A stretch of 32,000 bases of DNA from Trichodesmium erythraeum IMS101 (GTDB lineage: Bacteria > Cyanobacteriota > Cyanobacteriia > Cyanobacteriales > Microcoleaceae). Under the pieces are notes generated by a model, which saw only the letters and a list, made by a program, of their open reading frames with translations, was not told where the DNA came from and searched no databases. The stretch is from the NCBI RefSeq assembly GCF_000014265.1, contig NC_008312.1, positions 4,620,001 to 4,652,000 of the forward strand, read 5' to 3'. Shown here one piece after another: positions 17,156 through 29,016 of this stretch. The first letter of the stretch is position 1, and every line of letters starts with the position of its first letter. The position numbers and the translations under genes are program-made.

Positions 17156-17844
17156 CTTTATATTTATAAGTTTTTCCTCTTTATCTTTCACCAACTCATT
17201 CCTAGTTTTCTCTTAATTTTGATACTCTTTATGTCCATGCTTGGCTGCTAGGCTGAAAAGCTAAAAAAAGCGAAGAACTGGGATAATCGAGAATAAAGGA
17301 AAGTCAACATGCCCAAAAAGAATGGTAAAATTATAACCCTAGAAGTCCTAACTATAGTAGATAAAGAATGGTAATTTATTGTTAAATAAGCCTTATAAAT
17401 TTTCTATAAAGGAACCTGTTAACCCTAAAGCTCAGGATTTAGAGCACTCAGAGCTACTAAGAATAAATAAAAGTACGTTTTATTCAAACTTTTTGGCCAT
17501 AAAGGAAGTCAAAATAAAGAAGTAATGGAACTAGACGTTGAAAAATATTTCTACAGAATTAGCCACAGCTTGATGATGTCAAATATAATTTTCTCCCAAC
17601 AAATCAAAAAGGGGCTGTGGAAATTTTTAATTCTAGGTTGGTTTGCTTAATTTATAGAACAAGGAACACCCCATTAGGGTGTAGTATTACCACTAGCCAA
17701 CATAGCATTAAACAGTATGGAGGACATAGACCCTTCGGTAAACTGCCGATCTATTGGTGTTTTTCCTAAATCCAAAACACAACCCTGAGAAGATTTGAGA
17801 AAAAGTGCCACAATTCCTCTCATAAAGGGGAATGAACATATTAG

Positions 17845-19001
<1,157 letters not shown>

Positions 19002-20198
19002 GCAGTAGTGCTAAACAAGTAATGATTGATTATAGCGATGGATAAAATGCAAAATGATACCAATGTTATTTTCAAGCTAATTTGGAGATAGACTGAGTTT
19101 TTTTACACCCATACCTAGATACCATTTCTCAAATGATATTATTGAATAGTTCAATTTAATAAATCCCCCCCTATTTCTTTTCAGAGTGCTTTATGTCGTT
19201 TACTAATCTCTAATTGCATAAGTTAATATACTCATTGAGCTCCTAAAAAAGCTTTGAACCAAGAGACCAAAAAGAGGCCATACAAAAAATAATATTACTA
19301 ATTTTTGCGAATAAACATTAAGTAGAGCACAACGTTCTTACACTCCACAAATTAGTTCATGGGATTATGCTACCCATTCTTAAAACAATCACACATTAAC
19401 GATAAATTTAAGACCAATACTGCTACAAATTTATAGCTACTTCTTAATCCTACAGGCTTATAGTAACAAACAAAATTTCACAACCCTCTACTTCCATTGC
19501 TTATTAGCTTTGTTACCCATACTCTTAACATAATTCATCACATTGAATTGGGAGTTTCCTCTCTTTCTTTAGGCTGAACCTTATCGCTTTTAGGTATTTT
19601 TGCTTATGTCTGGTTAATATCCTGCTTGTAGCCATTGATCCGTAACTTGGACTACACGAGTAATGCCAGCCATCGAAATCCTGATCTTAAACAGTCGTTC
19701 AATCAGCGATGGGAATAGCTTGTTTAATCCAGTTCTAGGTAAAGTTTTTTAGCAATTGTCGTCCACATTCATGACACAAAAACTCATACTTATCTTAATA
19801 TATAATATGGCCATTTTTGACAGTTTAGTTTTTGAATATTCACACCTGGGAAAAGTAGCCATAGATAGAAAACAATAACTTTTACATCTCTATCATTACA
19901 TATTGAGCACTACTTCTTTTGCTTTGTTTTAGCCATAGCATTTCCCATGCTAGTGAGGTCCATATTTAAAGCTGAAAAGCTGTGAATTAAAGCTTTTAGT
20001 ATTCCTCATTTAAGTGGGAACCGCCATTTTCATTATTTAACAACTTTATTTGGGATTTTAATTTTAATTGTTGCCTGTAATGTTTAACCAATAAATAAGT
20101 TTTCAAGGGTTTTTATCTTTCCTCCTAATTCAGTAGGAGATACTAATAAATAATAACTGAAATGATATACAACTAATTAAGGACAATTTACGTTGTCA

Positions 20199-20471
20199 CT
20201 ATTTTTTGCCTTTACCCTTTTTAGATTTAGTAGATTTAGATTTATTAGATTTAGATCCACTACCCTCTTGTTTACTATATTTACGCATAAACCTTTCAAC
20301 CCTTCCTTCAGTATCAATAATTTTCTGAGTACCGGTAAAATAGGGATGATTTCCCGACCAAACATCAACATGAATTTCAGGTTGTGTAGAACCAACTGTC
20401 ATTACAACTTCACCATTGCAATAAACTTTAGCTTCTGGATACCATTCAGGATGAATATCAGCTTTAGGCAT
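20199..20471 (-). CDS. rpmE: 50S ribosomal protein L31, with no CxxC zinc motif and a Lys/Ser-rich C-terminal tail.
   Basis: MPKADIHPEWYPEAKVYCNGEVVMTVGSTQPEIHVDVWSGNHPYFTGTQKIIDTEGRVERFMRKY..., followed by the tail SKQEGSGSKSNKSKSTKSKKGKGKK. Confidence 0.93.
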   Translation of the reverse strand: MPKADIHPEWYPEAKVYCNGEVVMTVGSTQPEIHVDVWSGNHPYFTGTQKIIDTEGRVERFMRKYSKQEGSGSKSNKSKSTKSKKGKGKK

Positions 20472-20786
20472 TTTCTTGACTTTACTTAATTACAAATATT
20501 TTCTTTACTCTTAACTGTTTTAACATAATCATATTTAGTAGTTCTTTGAGATAATTTAATTCACCAATAAACTAGATTTTAATGATTAACAGTTAATTTT
20601 ATTGTATCAAATTATTTGCCAATTTTTACAGGATGAATAGTAAAAATTGGCAAATTAACTTTGTTGTCTCAAATGTATAGAAGTCGCCATTACTGAGGAG
20701 GACATTGTCCATCTGCTCAAATATAGTCCATGCTACGAATTTGATTTCTGACTTCTAAAGAACGAACTTCTGATTTCAGCTACATA

Positions 20787-21197
20787 TTATCGTTTGGAAT
20801 ATTGAGATGCTTTACGTGCTTTGCGTAAACCATACTTTTTCCGTTCCTTAGCACGAGGGTCGCGAGTCAAATATCCTTCTATCTTTAGAGGTTTACGATT
20901 TTCTGGGTCTAATTGGCACAAGGCTCTAGCTACACCTAATCTAATTGACTCAGCTTGTCCTGTTAACCCGCCTCCTGTTGCTTTAACTAGAATGTCATAT
21001 TCATTTTCAAAACCTAAAGTGTCTAGTGGAGCTTTTACAGATGATAAATAATTATGATTATATTGCAGGTATATTTCACCTTCTTTGCCATTAATAATCA
21101 ATTTACCTGTACCTGGAACTAAGCGTACTGATGCGACAGAAGATTTACGACGACCAGTACCCCAGTACATAGCACGGCCACTTTCTTTGTCTTGCAT
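20787..21197 (-). CDS. rpsI: 30S ribosomal protein S9.
   Basis: 136 aa. [10 protein letters not shown]...[19 protein letters not shown]...[25 protein letters not shown]. The start overlaps the rplM stop (TAATG). Confidence 0.96.
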   Translation of the reverse strand: MQDKESGRAMYWGTGRRKSSVASVRLVPGTGKLIINGKEGEIYLQYNHNYLSSVKAPLDTLGFENEYDILVKATGGGLTGQAESIRLGVARALCQLDPENRKPLKIEGYLTRDPRAKERKKYGLRKARKASQYSKR

Positions 21198-21652
21198 TAT
21201 CTTTCTCCTCCTGGAATAGTTTGAATAGTTAATTTTTCAGGTTTTTGAGCTTCGTGAGGGTGATTAGAACCAGGATAAACTTTTAATTTGTTGTGAAGCT
21301 TTCTGCCTAAAGAATTTTTAGGCAGCATTCCAAAAACTGCCTCCTCAATAATTCTTTGAGGCAAACGAGCTTGTAATTTAGAAAAAACTTCTGTTTTCAT
21401 ACCACCTGGTCTTCCCGAATGGCGACGATAAAGTTTCTGACTACTTTTTTTACCAGTTACAGTTACTTTTTCAGCATTAACTACAATTACAAAGTCTCCT
21501 GTATCCATATGAGGAGTATAAGTCGGCTTATTTTTACCCCTAATAATCATGGCTATAGCAGTTGCCAATCTCCCTAGACGCTGACCTTCAGCATCAATAA
21601 CATACCATTTTTTGCCTTCAATATCCTGTGGTGGCAAGTAAGTTTTGTTCAT
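21197..21652 (-). CDS. rplM: 50S ribosomal protein L13.
   Basis: 151 aa. [45 protein letters not shown]...TGKK...[12 protein letters not shown]. Confidence 0.96.
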   Translation of the reverse strand: MNKTYLPPQDIEGKKWYVIDAEGQRLGRLATAIAMIIRGKNKPTYTPHMDTGDFVIVVNAEKVTVTGKKSSQKLYRRHSGRPGGMKTEVFSKLQARLPQRIIEEAVFGMLPKNSLGRKLHNKLKVYPGSNHPHEAQKPEKLTIQTIPGGER

Positions 21653-22258
21653 TATTTTCTGAGTTAGTTATTGTTTTGAATTATTTATATTTGTCTTAAT
21701 TTTAAAGACTGAAAAACAGTGCTGCAACTGATAATTTTCCTATTGACTAGTTATAAGAATTTATACAACATATTTCGAGCAAATAATGTACAGTGTAAAT
21801 GGTGAAAATTCTGTAGTAAATACATTTTGAGCGGGTGAGTGTAGCTTACCGGAAACTAAAAGGGCTGTATAAGTTTTGGTGAAAAGCTAGGCTGCTTTTG
21901 AAAAAAAAGCATATAGCAAACACTTAAAAAAGTTTACCTGACTTTTTACTCTCCCTTGTTTTATATCTCATTTAAAAACACCACATCAGTTTTTAGCATT
22001 TCCTTGCTGGAATGCTTATACCATGTCCGGTTATAGTTATAGTTAAACCTTATAGTAGTGCAAAAGCTCTATGGTAAATATTTCAAAAGCGAAAGCAATA
22101 CCACAAAGCATAATGCTTTTTTCTCACTAAATTATCCGGACATAATATTACAAAAGATGTATAATTTTTTATAATTATCTTTATCTTGAAATACCCTTCT
22201 GCCAAATAAAAAAATGATCGATCTGACTAAATTGTAGAGTACTGACTACTTATTTAAA

Positions 22259-23077
22259 TTAACCAAGGATAAATCTAGGCATATTGTCATACCAAACTTC
22301 TTGAGGAAAAGGAAATTCTGGATAACCAACCCGCAATAAACAAAGACCACTAGCTGGAGCTGAGTGCTTCACAATGTCCCTCCTTTGATTAACCCAAATA
22401 TCCGTAAAACTTTCCAGAGATAGCTCTTCAGTACCCACTTGAATAAGCAACCCTACCAATAATCGCATCATTCCATACAGAAACCCACTTGCTTGAACCT
22501 CTATATAGATAAATGGACCTTTCCTTTCACACATTACCTCTTGTACATCTACCCAAGAATGGGGACGACAGGATCCAGCTCTTTGAAAAGCAGCCAAATG
22601 ATGATGACCAATTAAAGGATTCAAAGCTGCTTGAATCAATTGTGGGTCTAAAGAAGCTTGATAATAATGCCAAACAAAAGGCATCACAAACAAATTTGGT
22701 TGTTTATCTGTATAAATAGTATAGCGATAACGTCGCCAAATTGCGGTAAACCGGGAGTGCCAAGCATAATCTATTCTAGCCGAACCTCTAATCAATATAT
22801 CATTAGCCAGTCGTGAGTTTAGAATAGTAGCCCATTTATGAGCAGGGATAGGACCTGAAACATCAAAGTGAGCAACTTGAGCTGCTGCATGAACTCCAGC
22901 ATCTGTTCTACCCGCCCCATGTAACGTCACAGGTTCGTTAATGAAAGAAGCAATAGTCTTCTCAATCTCTTCTTGGACAGTTCGTTGATTTGGCTGTCTT
23001 TGCCACCCATGAAAATGAGTACCTTGATATTGAATCACAAGGGCAACGCGCTGAACTAAAGTTTGGTTATTAGCCAT
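22259..23077 (-). CDS. truA: tRNA pseudouridine(38-40) synthase TruA.
   Basis: 272 aa. QYQGTHFHGWQRQPN, GAGRTDAGVHAAAQVAHF (catalytic Asp motif), YRYTIY. It lies between rplQ and rplM, as in cyanobacteria. Confidence 0.93.
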   Translation of the reverse strand: MANNQTLVQRVALVIQYQGTHFHGWQRQPNQRTVQEEIEKTIASFINEPVTLHGAGRTDAGVHAAAQVAHFDVSGPIPAHKWATILNSRLANDILIRGSARIDYAWHSRFTAIWRRYRYTIYTDKQPNLFVMPFVWHYYQASLDPQLIQAALNPLIGHHHLAAFQRAGSCRPHSWVDVQEVMCERKGPFIYIEVQASGFLYGMMRLLVGLLIQVGTEELSLESFTDIWVNQRRDIVKHSAPASGLCLLRVGYPEFPFPQEVWYDNMPRFILG

Positions 23078-23189
23078 GAGAATTGTTAGTCTCTAAAGCT
23101 TAAAAGTCAATATCTATTAACATTAAGCTCTTACTTTTAAATGGTCAAATTAACCTTTTCTATCTTCCCACTGCCTTTTAGCATCAACC

Positions 23190-23540
23190 TTAAATCAGTT
23201 CAATAATTGCCATTTCTGCATTATCTCCACGACGACGAATAGTTCTCAAAACACGGGTATAACCTCCATTGCGAGAACCATATCTTTCTTGTGCCTCGTT
23301 GAATAAAGAATGAACTAGTTTTTTGTCATAGAGATAACCTAAAGCCCGACGACGAGCTGCTAAGGAACCATCCTTTGCCAAAGTAATCATTCTTTCTACT
23401 TCTGACTGTACGGCTTTAGCACGAGGTTTTGTTGTTTTAATTTGACCATGACGAATTAACTGAGTTGCCAGAGATCGCAGCAGAGCGCGACGCTGGTCTG
23501 TTGGCTTACCTAACTTTGGAACACGACAACTATGACGCAT
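23190..23540 (-). CDS. rplQ: 50S ribosomal protein L17.
   Basis: 116 aa. [43 protein letters not shown]...[23 protein letters not shown]. Confidence 0.96.
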   Translation of the reverse strand: MRHSCRVPKLGKPTDQRRALLRSLATQLIRHGQIKTTKPRAKAVQSEVERMITLAKDGSLAARRRALGYLYDKKLVHSLFNEAQERYGSRNGGYTRVLRTIRRRGDNAEMAIIELI

Positions 23541-23690
23541 GACTACCTTAAATACTTAGAATATTTGAACTAATGTTTAGGAAATGTTTATAATTAGTTT
23601 CTAGTCTACTTTTACTAGCAGTTAAAAGAACTTAATTCTACAAATTTGAATGTAATAACATTTCCGGTTGTTAACCTTTTTTCCTCATTT

Positions 23691-24635
23691 CTAAGTAGCT
23701 TTAGCTACTTTTTCTTGAGGTAAAGTTATTCCCAAGCGCTTTTGTAAAGCTTCTATGACTTCTTCTGCAGACTTTTGACCAAAGTTTTTGATTTCTAACA
23801 AATCTTCTTGACTATAATCTAGCAGGTCTGCAACTGAGTTTATTTGAGCCCTTTTTAGACAATTATAAGCCCTAACTGATAACTGTAATTCCTCTATTGG
23901 GATCTGACTTGTTGGGTCTGTCGTTTCTCCTGATGGAATATCTGCCATATTGGTAATATCTTTGAGTGGTTCAAACAAACTCATTAAAATACCAGCGGCA
24001 TTACTCAAGGCATCTTGAGGCGTATAACTGCCATTAGTCCAAATATCCATAATTAGTCGGTCTTGTTCTAAAGAACTACCTATATGGGCATCTTCAATCG
24101 TATAGTTAACCTTACGAACTGGCATAAAAATAGCATCTATTTGCAGAAAATCAAGAGTCGCCACATCATCACGAGTACGATCTACTGCTTTATAACCAGT
24201 TCCTTTCTCAATTCTAAATTCCATCTCCAGAATGGAGCCTGGGGATAGAGTAGCAATATATTGACTGCGATCTATTACTTCAACCTCTGAAGGCACATCA
24301 AATCGATCAGCAGTTACTGTCGCTGGTCCTTCTACCCGCAGCCTGCCAATTTGTGGTTGCTCAGAATAGCTTTTGAGAACAACCTCTTTCATATTCAGTA
24401 GGATTTCTAGGACATCTTCTCTTACCCCCTTAATTGTGGCAAACTCATGATTAACACCAGCTATCCTTACTGATGTAATAGCTGTTCCTTCTAAGTTAGA
24501 TAGCAGAACCCGCCTTAGTGCATTTCCTACTGTTGTACCTTGACCACGAGCTAGTGGTTCTATAATAAATTTTCCGTACTGACTTCGATCTTTGTCAGTT
24601 TTAGACTCTACACACTCGTAATGAAATTGCGCCAC
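23691..24635 (-). CDS. rpoA: DNA-directed RNA polymerase alpha subunit.
   Basis: RpoA blocks: GQGTTVGNALRRVLLS, the VNYTIE region, and the C-terminal domain LQLSVRAYNCLKRAQINSVADLL. The track ORF begins at ATG 24656. The GTG at 24635 (VAQFHYECVES..., matching the usual cyanobacterial MAQF..ECVES N-terminus) has AAGGGAGG 7 nt upstream and is preferred as the start. Confidence 0.93.
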   Translation of the reverse strand: MAQFHYECVESKTDKDRSQYGKFIIEPLARGQGTTVGNALRRVLLSNLEGTAITSVRIAGVNHEFATIKGVREDVLEILLNMKEVVLKSYSEQPQIGRLRVEGPATVTADRFDVPSEVEVIDRSQYIATLSPGSILEMEFRIEKGTGYKAVDRTRDDVATLDFLQIDAIFMPVRKVNYTIEDAHIGSSLEQDRLIMDIWTNGSYTPQDALSNAAGILMSLFEPLKDITNMADIPSGETTDPTSQIPIEELQLSVRAYNCLKRAQINSVADLLDYSQEDLLEIKNFGQKSAEEVIEALQKRLGITLPQEKVAKAT

Positions 24636-24680
24636 GGAGTAACCTCCCTTTTCCATTGAACCCCAGAGTTAATAATTTGA

Positions 24681-25076
24681 TTAGACTCTACGCCGTTTTG
24701 GTGGACGGCAACCATTATGAGGAATTGGGGTAATATCTCGAATCAAAGTTATTTCTAGACCAGCCCCCTGTAAAGCTCTAATTGCAGTTTCTCTTCCTGC
24801 CCCTGGCCCACTTACCATCACTTGAACCTGACGCATTCCTTGATCGTTGGCTCGGCGTGCTGCACTTTCTGCTGCTGTCTGTGCTGCAAAGGGAGTTCCT
24901 TTTTTGGCCCCCTTGAAACCACTTGAACCTGCCGAAGCCCAAGAAATTACTTCACCATTTAGGTCAGCAATAGTTACAATCGTATTATTAAAGGTAGACT
25001 GGATGTAAGCTACCCCATTGGGCACATTCTTTTTTTGTTTTTTCGGGCCTGTTTTTTTTGTTGGTTGTCGTGCCAT
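24681..25076 (-). CDS. rpsK: 30S ribosomal protein S11.
   Basis: 131 aa. [44 protein letters not shown]...[36 protein letters not shown]. Confidence 0.97.
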   Translation of the reverse strand: MARQPTKKTGPKKQKKNVPNGVAYIQSTFNNTIVTIADLNGEVISWASAGSSGFKGAKKGTPFAAQTAAESAARRANDQGMRQVQVMVSGPGAGRETAIRALQGAGLEITLIRDITPIPHNGCRPPKRRRV

Positions 25077-25836
25077 ATTTCTTTCTATGAGTAGGATATA
25101 AGATTAATAATGCATTTTTCTAACAACAAGTATACTTACTTCTAATCTCAGAAGAAGTTTTTTGAGTATTCTAATAACTATACTTCTTAAATCCTTACTG
25201 AGTAGAAATAATTTTATTGGTTTTAGATTACATAATCTGTTAGCTATTACCTTGCTTGCCTAGCTATTAAATTTTTAAGACATTAAATCATCTATTATAG
25301 TTTTAATACTAGCAGCAGTCCAAAACAGATATACCTAACTTGTTGATTTGATGATTTTTGGATCAGATATAGATTTTTTCTCCCTTCAGTGTAGAAGTAT
25401 GAGTCTACAATTCCTACAAAAGTAAAAATAGCTAATCTTTAAGTTTTCTCCTTTGGAAATTTTCTTTCCTAAATTCTATAAAATATATCGGAAATATTTT
25501 TTTTCTCCTAAATATATAGCCATAACTAGACCAGAATAATTGACTTTTAAAATTTGCAATTTAATCCAATTAATATTTTTAATTAGACTTGTTTATATTA
25601 CCATAATTAATATCAATTATTCATAATCTCAGCTAGTTTACATGAATTGACAGTCAAATTATCTGTATTTAAGTTAGCTAAATACAATTTATAAATAAGC
25701 AAACGATCTCATAAAATAATGCTTATTATTCAAGTTTTAAGTCAATCTAACTCAGATTTTTTTAATTAGAACATTATTAGTGATACTAATCTTTCTTGCC
25801 TTAATAGCTGCTCAAAATATATTTACAAGCAGGCTT

Positions 25837-26220
25837 CTACTTCTTAGCGCTAGCTTTCTTCTTACCAGCTACAGTTCGGCGTACACCTCTGCGAGTTCTG
25901 GCATTAGTGCGAGTCCGTTGTCCTCTAACGGGTAAGCCCATTCTATGTCGGCGACCTCTATAAGTACCAATATCCATCAATCGCTTGATACTCATGGCTT
26001 CTAGCCTTCTGAGATCTCCTTCTACCTCATAATTATTTTGGACTTCAGAACGAATAGCTGCTACATCCGCATCACTTAAATCCTTCACACGGGTATCAGG
26101 ATTTACATCTGTTTCAGCTAAAATTTCTTGGGACCGAGATAGTCCTATTCCATATATGTATGTCAGACCAATTTCTATACGCTTATCGCGTGGGAGGTCT
26201 ACTCCAGCAATTCGTGCCAC
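25837..26220 (-). CDS. rpsM: 30S ribosomal protein S13 (GTG start).
   Basis: 127 aa. (M)[33 protein letters not shown]...[29 protein letters not shown] at 26218-26220 with AGGGAG upstream. Confidence 0.96.
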   Translation of the reverse strand: MARIAGVDLPRDKRIEIGLTYIYGIGLSRSQEILAETDVNPDTRVKDLSDADVAAIRSEVQNNYEVEGDLRRLEAMSIKRLMDIGTYRGRRHRMGLPVRGQRTRTNARTRRGVRRTVAGKKKASAKK

Positions 26221-26308
26221 TTTACTTGTTCTCCCTAAGCTTTAAATAGAACTTACATAAGCTTGATGAGTATGCAACAGATACTCTAATTTACGTGTCT
26301 AAGTATGT

Positions 26309-26422
26309 TTAACCTTGACGTTGTTTGTGTTTGGGGTTAACACATATCACCATTACTCGTCCTCTACGACGAATGACACGACACTTTTCACAAATTTTTT
26401 TGACGGATGCTCTAACTTTCAT
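26309..26422 (-). CDS. rpmJ: 50S ribosomal protein L36.
   Basis: Not in the supplied ORF track because it is under 60 aa. The minus-strand ATG at 26422-26420 opens [37 protein letters not shown], with the TAA stop at 26311-26309. It lies between infA and rpsM, as in the canonical operon. Confidence 0.95.
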   Translation of the reverse strand: MKVRASVKKICEKCRVIRRRGRVMVICVNPKHKQRQG

Positions 26423-26532
26423 GCCCTTTTTGGCAACACCATAAATTTAATATTATATCATTTAGATATATTTTTAGCAACTAAGCTAAACCTTTAAGAA
26501 TATGACAAAATCTCTAGTAAGTTTTATAAATC

Positions 26533-26757
26533 CTACTTTTTCCGAAGTCGATAAGTAATTCGGCCTTTTGTCAAATCATAGGGTGTTAACTCTACCTTGA
26601 CTCGATCGCCTGGTAGAATTTTGATGTAATTGCGACGGATTTTACCGGAAATATGAGCTAATACATTAAACCCATTATCCAAATCTACCCTGAACATTGC
26701 ATTAGGTAGGGACTCCGTCACTGTTCCCTCCATTTCTATGAGATCTTGTTTAGACAA
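26533..26757 (-). CDS. infA: Translation initiation factor IF-1 (TTG start).
   Basis: 74 aa. (M)[70 protein letters not shown]. The start is TTG at 26755-26757, with an in-frame TAA two codons upstream and GAGG about 10 nt upstream. Confidence 0.95.
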
Positions 26758-26984
26758 TTTTTAATAACCTCAACCCTGCAAATAACCGATTTAGTTTAGG
26801 AACAGCCTATTATTTTATGCTAATTCTATTAACATATCTTATCAAAAATTTTTGATTTTTAGAGGTTAAGCAGGAGGAATAATATCTCTACAAATATTTA
26901 TCTGAAATAAGTAGCTTCAATAATTCTAGTTGGAGGTATAAAAAGTTTAATTTTTCCACCTTCAAAATTTTATTCCAAGTTACT

Positions 26985-27560
26985 TCAGGTAATTTTATCA
27001 ACCTCTTGTTTTATAGCATTAGTCACAGTTTCAATAGGATTATTTCCATCTATAATAATTAACTGTTCACGTGCTTGATAAAACTCAATCAAAGGTTGCG
27101 TTTGTTGATAATAAACTTGTAAACGATTTCTAATAGTTTCTTCCTGATCATCTTCACGTTTTCTTGATAACAAACGAGCTACTAAAACATCATCCGGTAC
27201 TTGTAAATTAATTACGTGAAAAGAACTACTACTCTTAGCTTCTTCTCCTTCACTCTCATATTTTTTGAAAAACTCTTCTGCCTGAGTTACAGTCCGGGGA
27301 AAGCCATCTAGAATCCAACCATTTTGAGCATTAGGGTTTTCCAGTCTTTCCTTAACCATATCAAGAATGAGTTGGTCAGGGACTAAATCTCCCTTATCCA
27401 TATAGTCTTTGGCTTTAATACCCAAAGGAGATCTTTCTGCTACGTTACTGCGCAGAATATCACCAGTAGAAATATGGGGAACTTTATAAAAATCTGCTAT
27501 GAGAGATGCTTGTGTTCCTTTCCCCGCTCCTGGTGGACCTAAAAATACCAGTTTTACCAC
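26985..27560 (-). CDS. adk: Adenylate kinase (short-lid type, GTG start).
   Basis: 191 aa. P-loop LGPPGAGKGTQ, then ISTGDILR and GWILDGFPRT. The GTG start overlaps the secY TAG stop by 1 nt (TAGTG). Confidence 0.95.
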   Translation of the reverse strand: MVKLVFLGPPGAGKGTQASLIADFYKVPHISTGDILRSNVAERSPLGIKAKDYMDKGDLVPDQLILDMVKERLENPNAQNGWILDGFPRTVTQAEEFFKKYESEGEEAKSSSSFHVINLQVPDDVLVARLLSRKREDDQEETIRNRLQVYYQQTQPLIEFYQAREQLIIIDGNNPIETVTNAIKQEVDKIT

Positions 27561-28900
27561 TATTGCTTAACCATTCCTTCGTATCTTTGAGAGATAACAT
27601 AAGTTTGAATTTGTTTGGCTGTATCTATTGCTACACCTACTAGAATTAATAGAGAAGTAGCTCCTAATCCTCTAAATGTAGGTACACGAGTAGCACTTTC
27701 TACTATAGTAGGAACTATAGCTACTAAACCCAGAAAAATAGCTCCTAGGAAAGTCAACCTATTCAAAACTTTCTCTATATAGTCACTGGTCGTTTTACCT
27801 GGACGAATACCTGGAATACTTGCCCCCATTTTCTTCAGATTTTGGGACATATCCACTGGGTTCATAATTAGAGAAGCGTAGAAGTAACTGAAGAAAAGGA
27901 TCAAAACGAAATAAAATAAAGCATATAGCCAGGGTGTAGGACCACTAGGACTTATAGCAGTAGCAATCTGAGATATAATAGGGCTATTCGCAAACTGAGC
28001 TAAGGATACAGGTAATATCAGAACTGCTGAGGCAAAAATAATTGGCATTACCCCTCCTTGGTTCAACCGTAAAGGTAGATAGCTTTTTGTTTCCCTATAT
28101 AATTTTCTACCCACTTGACGACGAGCTGAAAGTATAGGTATCCTGCGACTGCCCTCTTGTACAAATACAATACCTACTATCATTACGAGGAATACCAGCA
28201 GCAAAATAATTGCCCGACCAACTATTGCTCGGTCTCCTCCTTCAAAAAGTTTAATAGTGTCACCTAATGACTGAGGCAGTACAGCAACAATATTTACAAA
28301 AATAAGTAAGGATGCACCATTTCCAATACCTCTTTCTGTAATTAGTTCTGATATCCACATCACAAACATTGAACCTGCTGTAATTGCCAAAATAGTTTTA
28401 GCAATAAATAGAGATCCTGGATTAATTGATACAGTTACCAGTTCTCCATTAATATCTACAGATGAGCTATTAAGATATATAGCTAAACCAAAGCTTTGTA
28501 AAACCGACCAACCCAGTGCTACATAGCGAGTAATTTGAGAAATCTTTCGACGTCCTGCCTCACCCTCATTTTTTTGCAAGTTTTCTAAACTTGGTAGCGC
28601 TGCCGTCATCAATTGAATAATAATTGATGCGTTAATGTAAGGTATAATCCCTAATGCAAAAATACCTAATGCTGAAAAACCACCACCAGAAAAAAGGTCT
28701 AGGAAGCCTGTTAAAGCCTGGTCTCCAATTCTAGCTTGAAAAGCTTCTCTATTTATTCCTGGTACTGGTAGATAAACACCTAAACGCACTAATAGAAGTA
28801 AACCTATTGTTACTAGCAGTCGCCCTCGCAATCCTGCTGCTTGGGCCATCTGCAAGAATGTCTCTTGAGCAGTTGGTGCCTTATCTCTACTAATGTCCAT
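27560..28900 (-). CDS. secY: Preprotein translocase subunit SecY.
   Basis: 446-aa polytopic ORF. LGIIPYINASIIIQL, GRRKISQITRY and the GMVKQ C-terminus are typical. It lies between rplO and adk. Confidence 0.96.
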   Translation of the reverse strand: MDISRDKAPTAQETFLQMAQAAGLRGRLLVTIGLLLLVRLGVYLPVPGINREAFQARIGDQALTGFLDLFSGGGFSALGIFALGIIPYINASIIIQLMTAALPSLENLQKNEGEAGRRKISQITRYVALGWSVLQSFGLAIYLNSSSVDINGELVTVSINPGSLFIAKTILAITAGSMFVMWISELITERGIGNGASLLIFVNIVAVLPQSLGDTIKLFEGGDRAIVGRAIILLLVFLVMIVGIVFVQEGSRRIPILSARRQVGRKLYRETKSYLPLRLNQGGVMPIIFASAVLILPVSLAQFANSPIISQIATAISPSGPTPWLYALFYFVLILFFSYFYASLIMNPVDMSQNLKKMGASIPGIRPGKTTSDYIEKVLNRLTFLGAIFLGLVAIVPTIVESATRVPTFRGLGATSLLILVGVAIDTAKQIQTYVISQRYEGMVKQ

Positions 28901-29016
28901 ATCTATTTGAGATTTGATTTTTTATATTTTTGATTTTAGCAGAGTTGGGCATAATCCTCCGCTTCCAGATATATTGGTTGTTTTATTACTTTGTTGAATT
29001 TTTAGCTGAAGTTATC

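Noticed and set aside
17674-17823. 49-codon minus-strand ORF (MRGIVALFLKSSQGCVLDLGKTPIDRQF...) starting 22 nt after the prfA stop. VLDLG resembles SAM-methyltransferase motif I, recalling prmC, which follows prfA in some bacteria.
   Set aside because: The ORF is short, the GxGxG continuation is missing, and nothing methyltransferase-like appears downstream in any frame. A five-residue match is not evidence.
20177-20489. Track ORFs 20177-20395(-) and 20193-20489(+) overlapping rpmE.
   Set aside because: They are alternative or antisense frames of the repeat-rich L31 gene. The L31 frame has the conserved HP.Y...V.C.......GST...I.VD..S..HPF.TG pattern.
26315-26497. 60-aa plus-strand ORF.
   Set aside because: It is antisense to rpmJ (L36), which has a perfect canonical translation.
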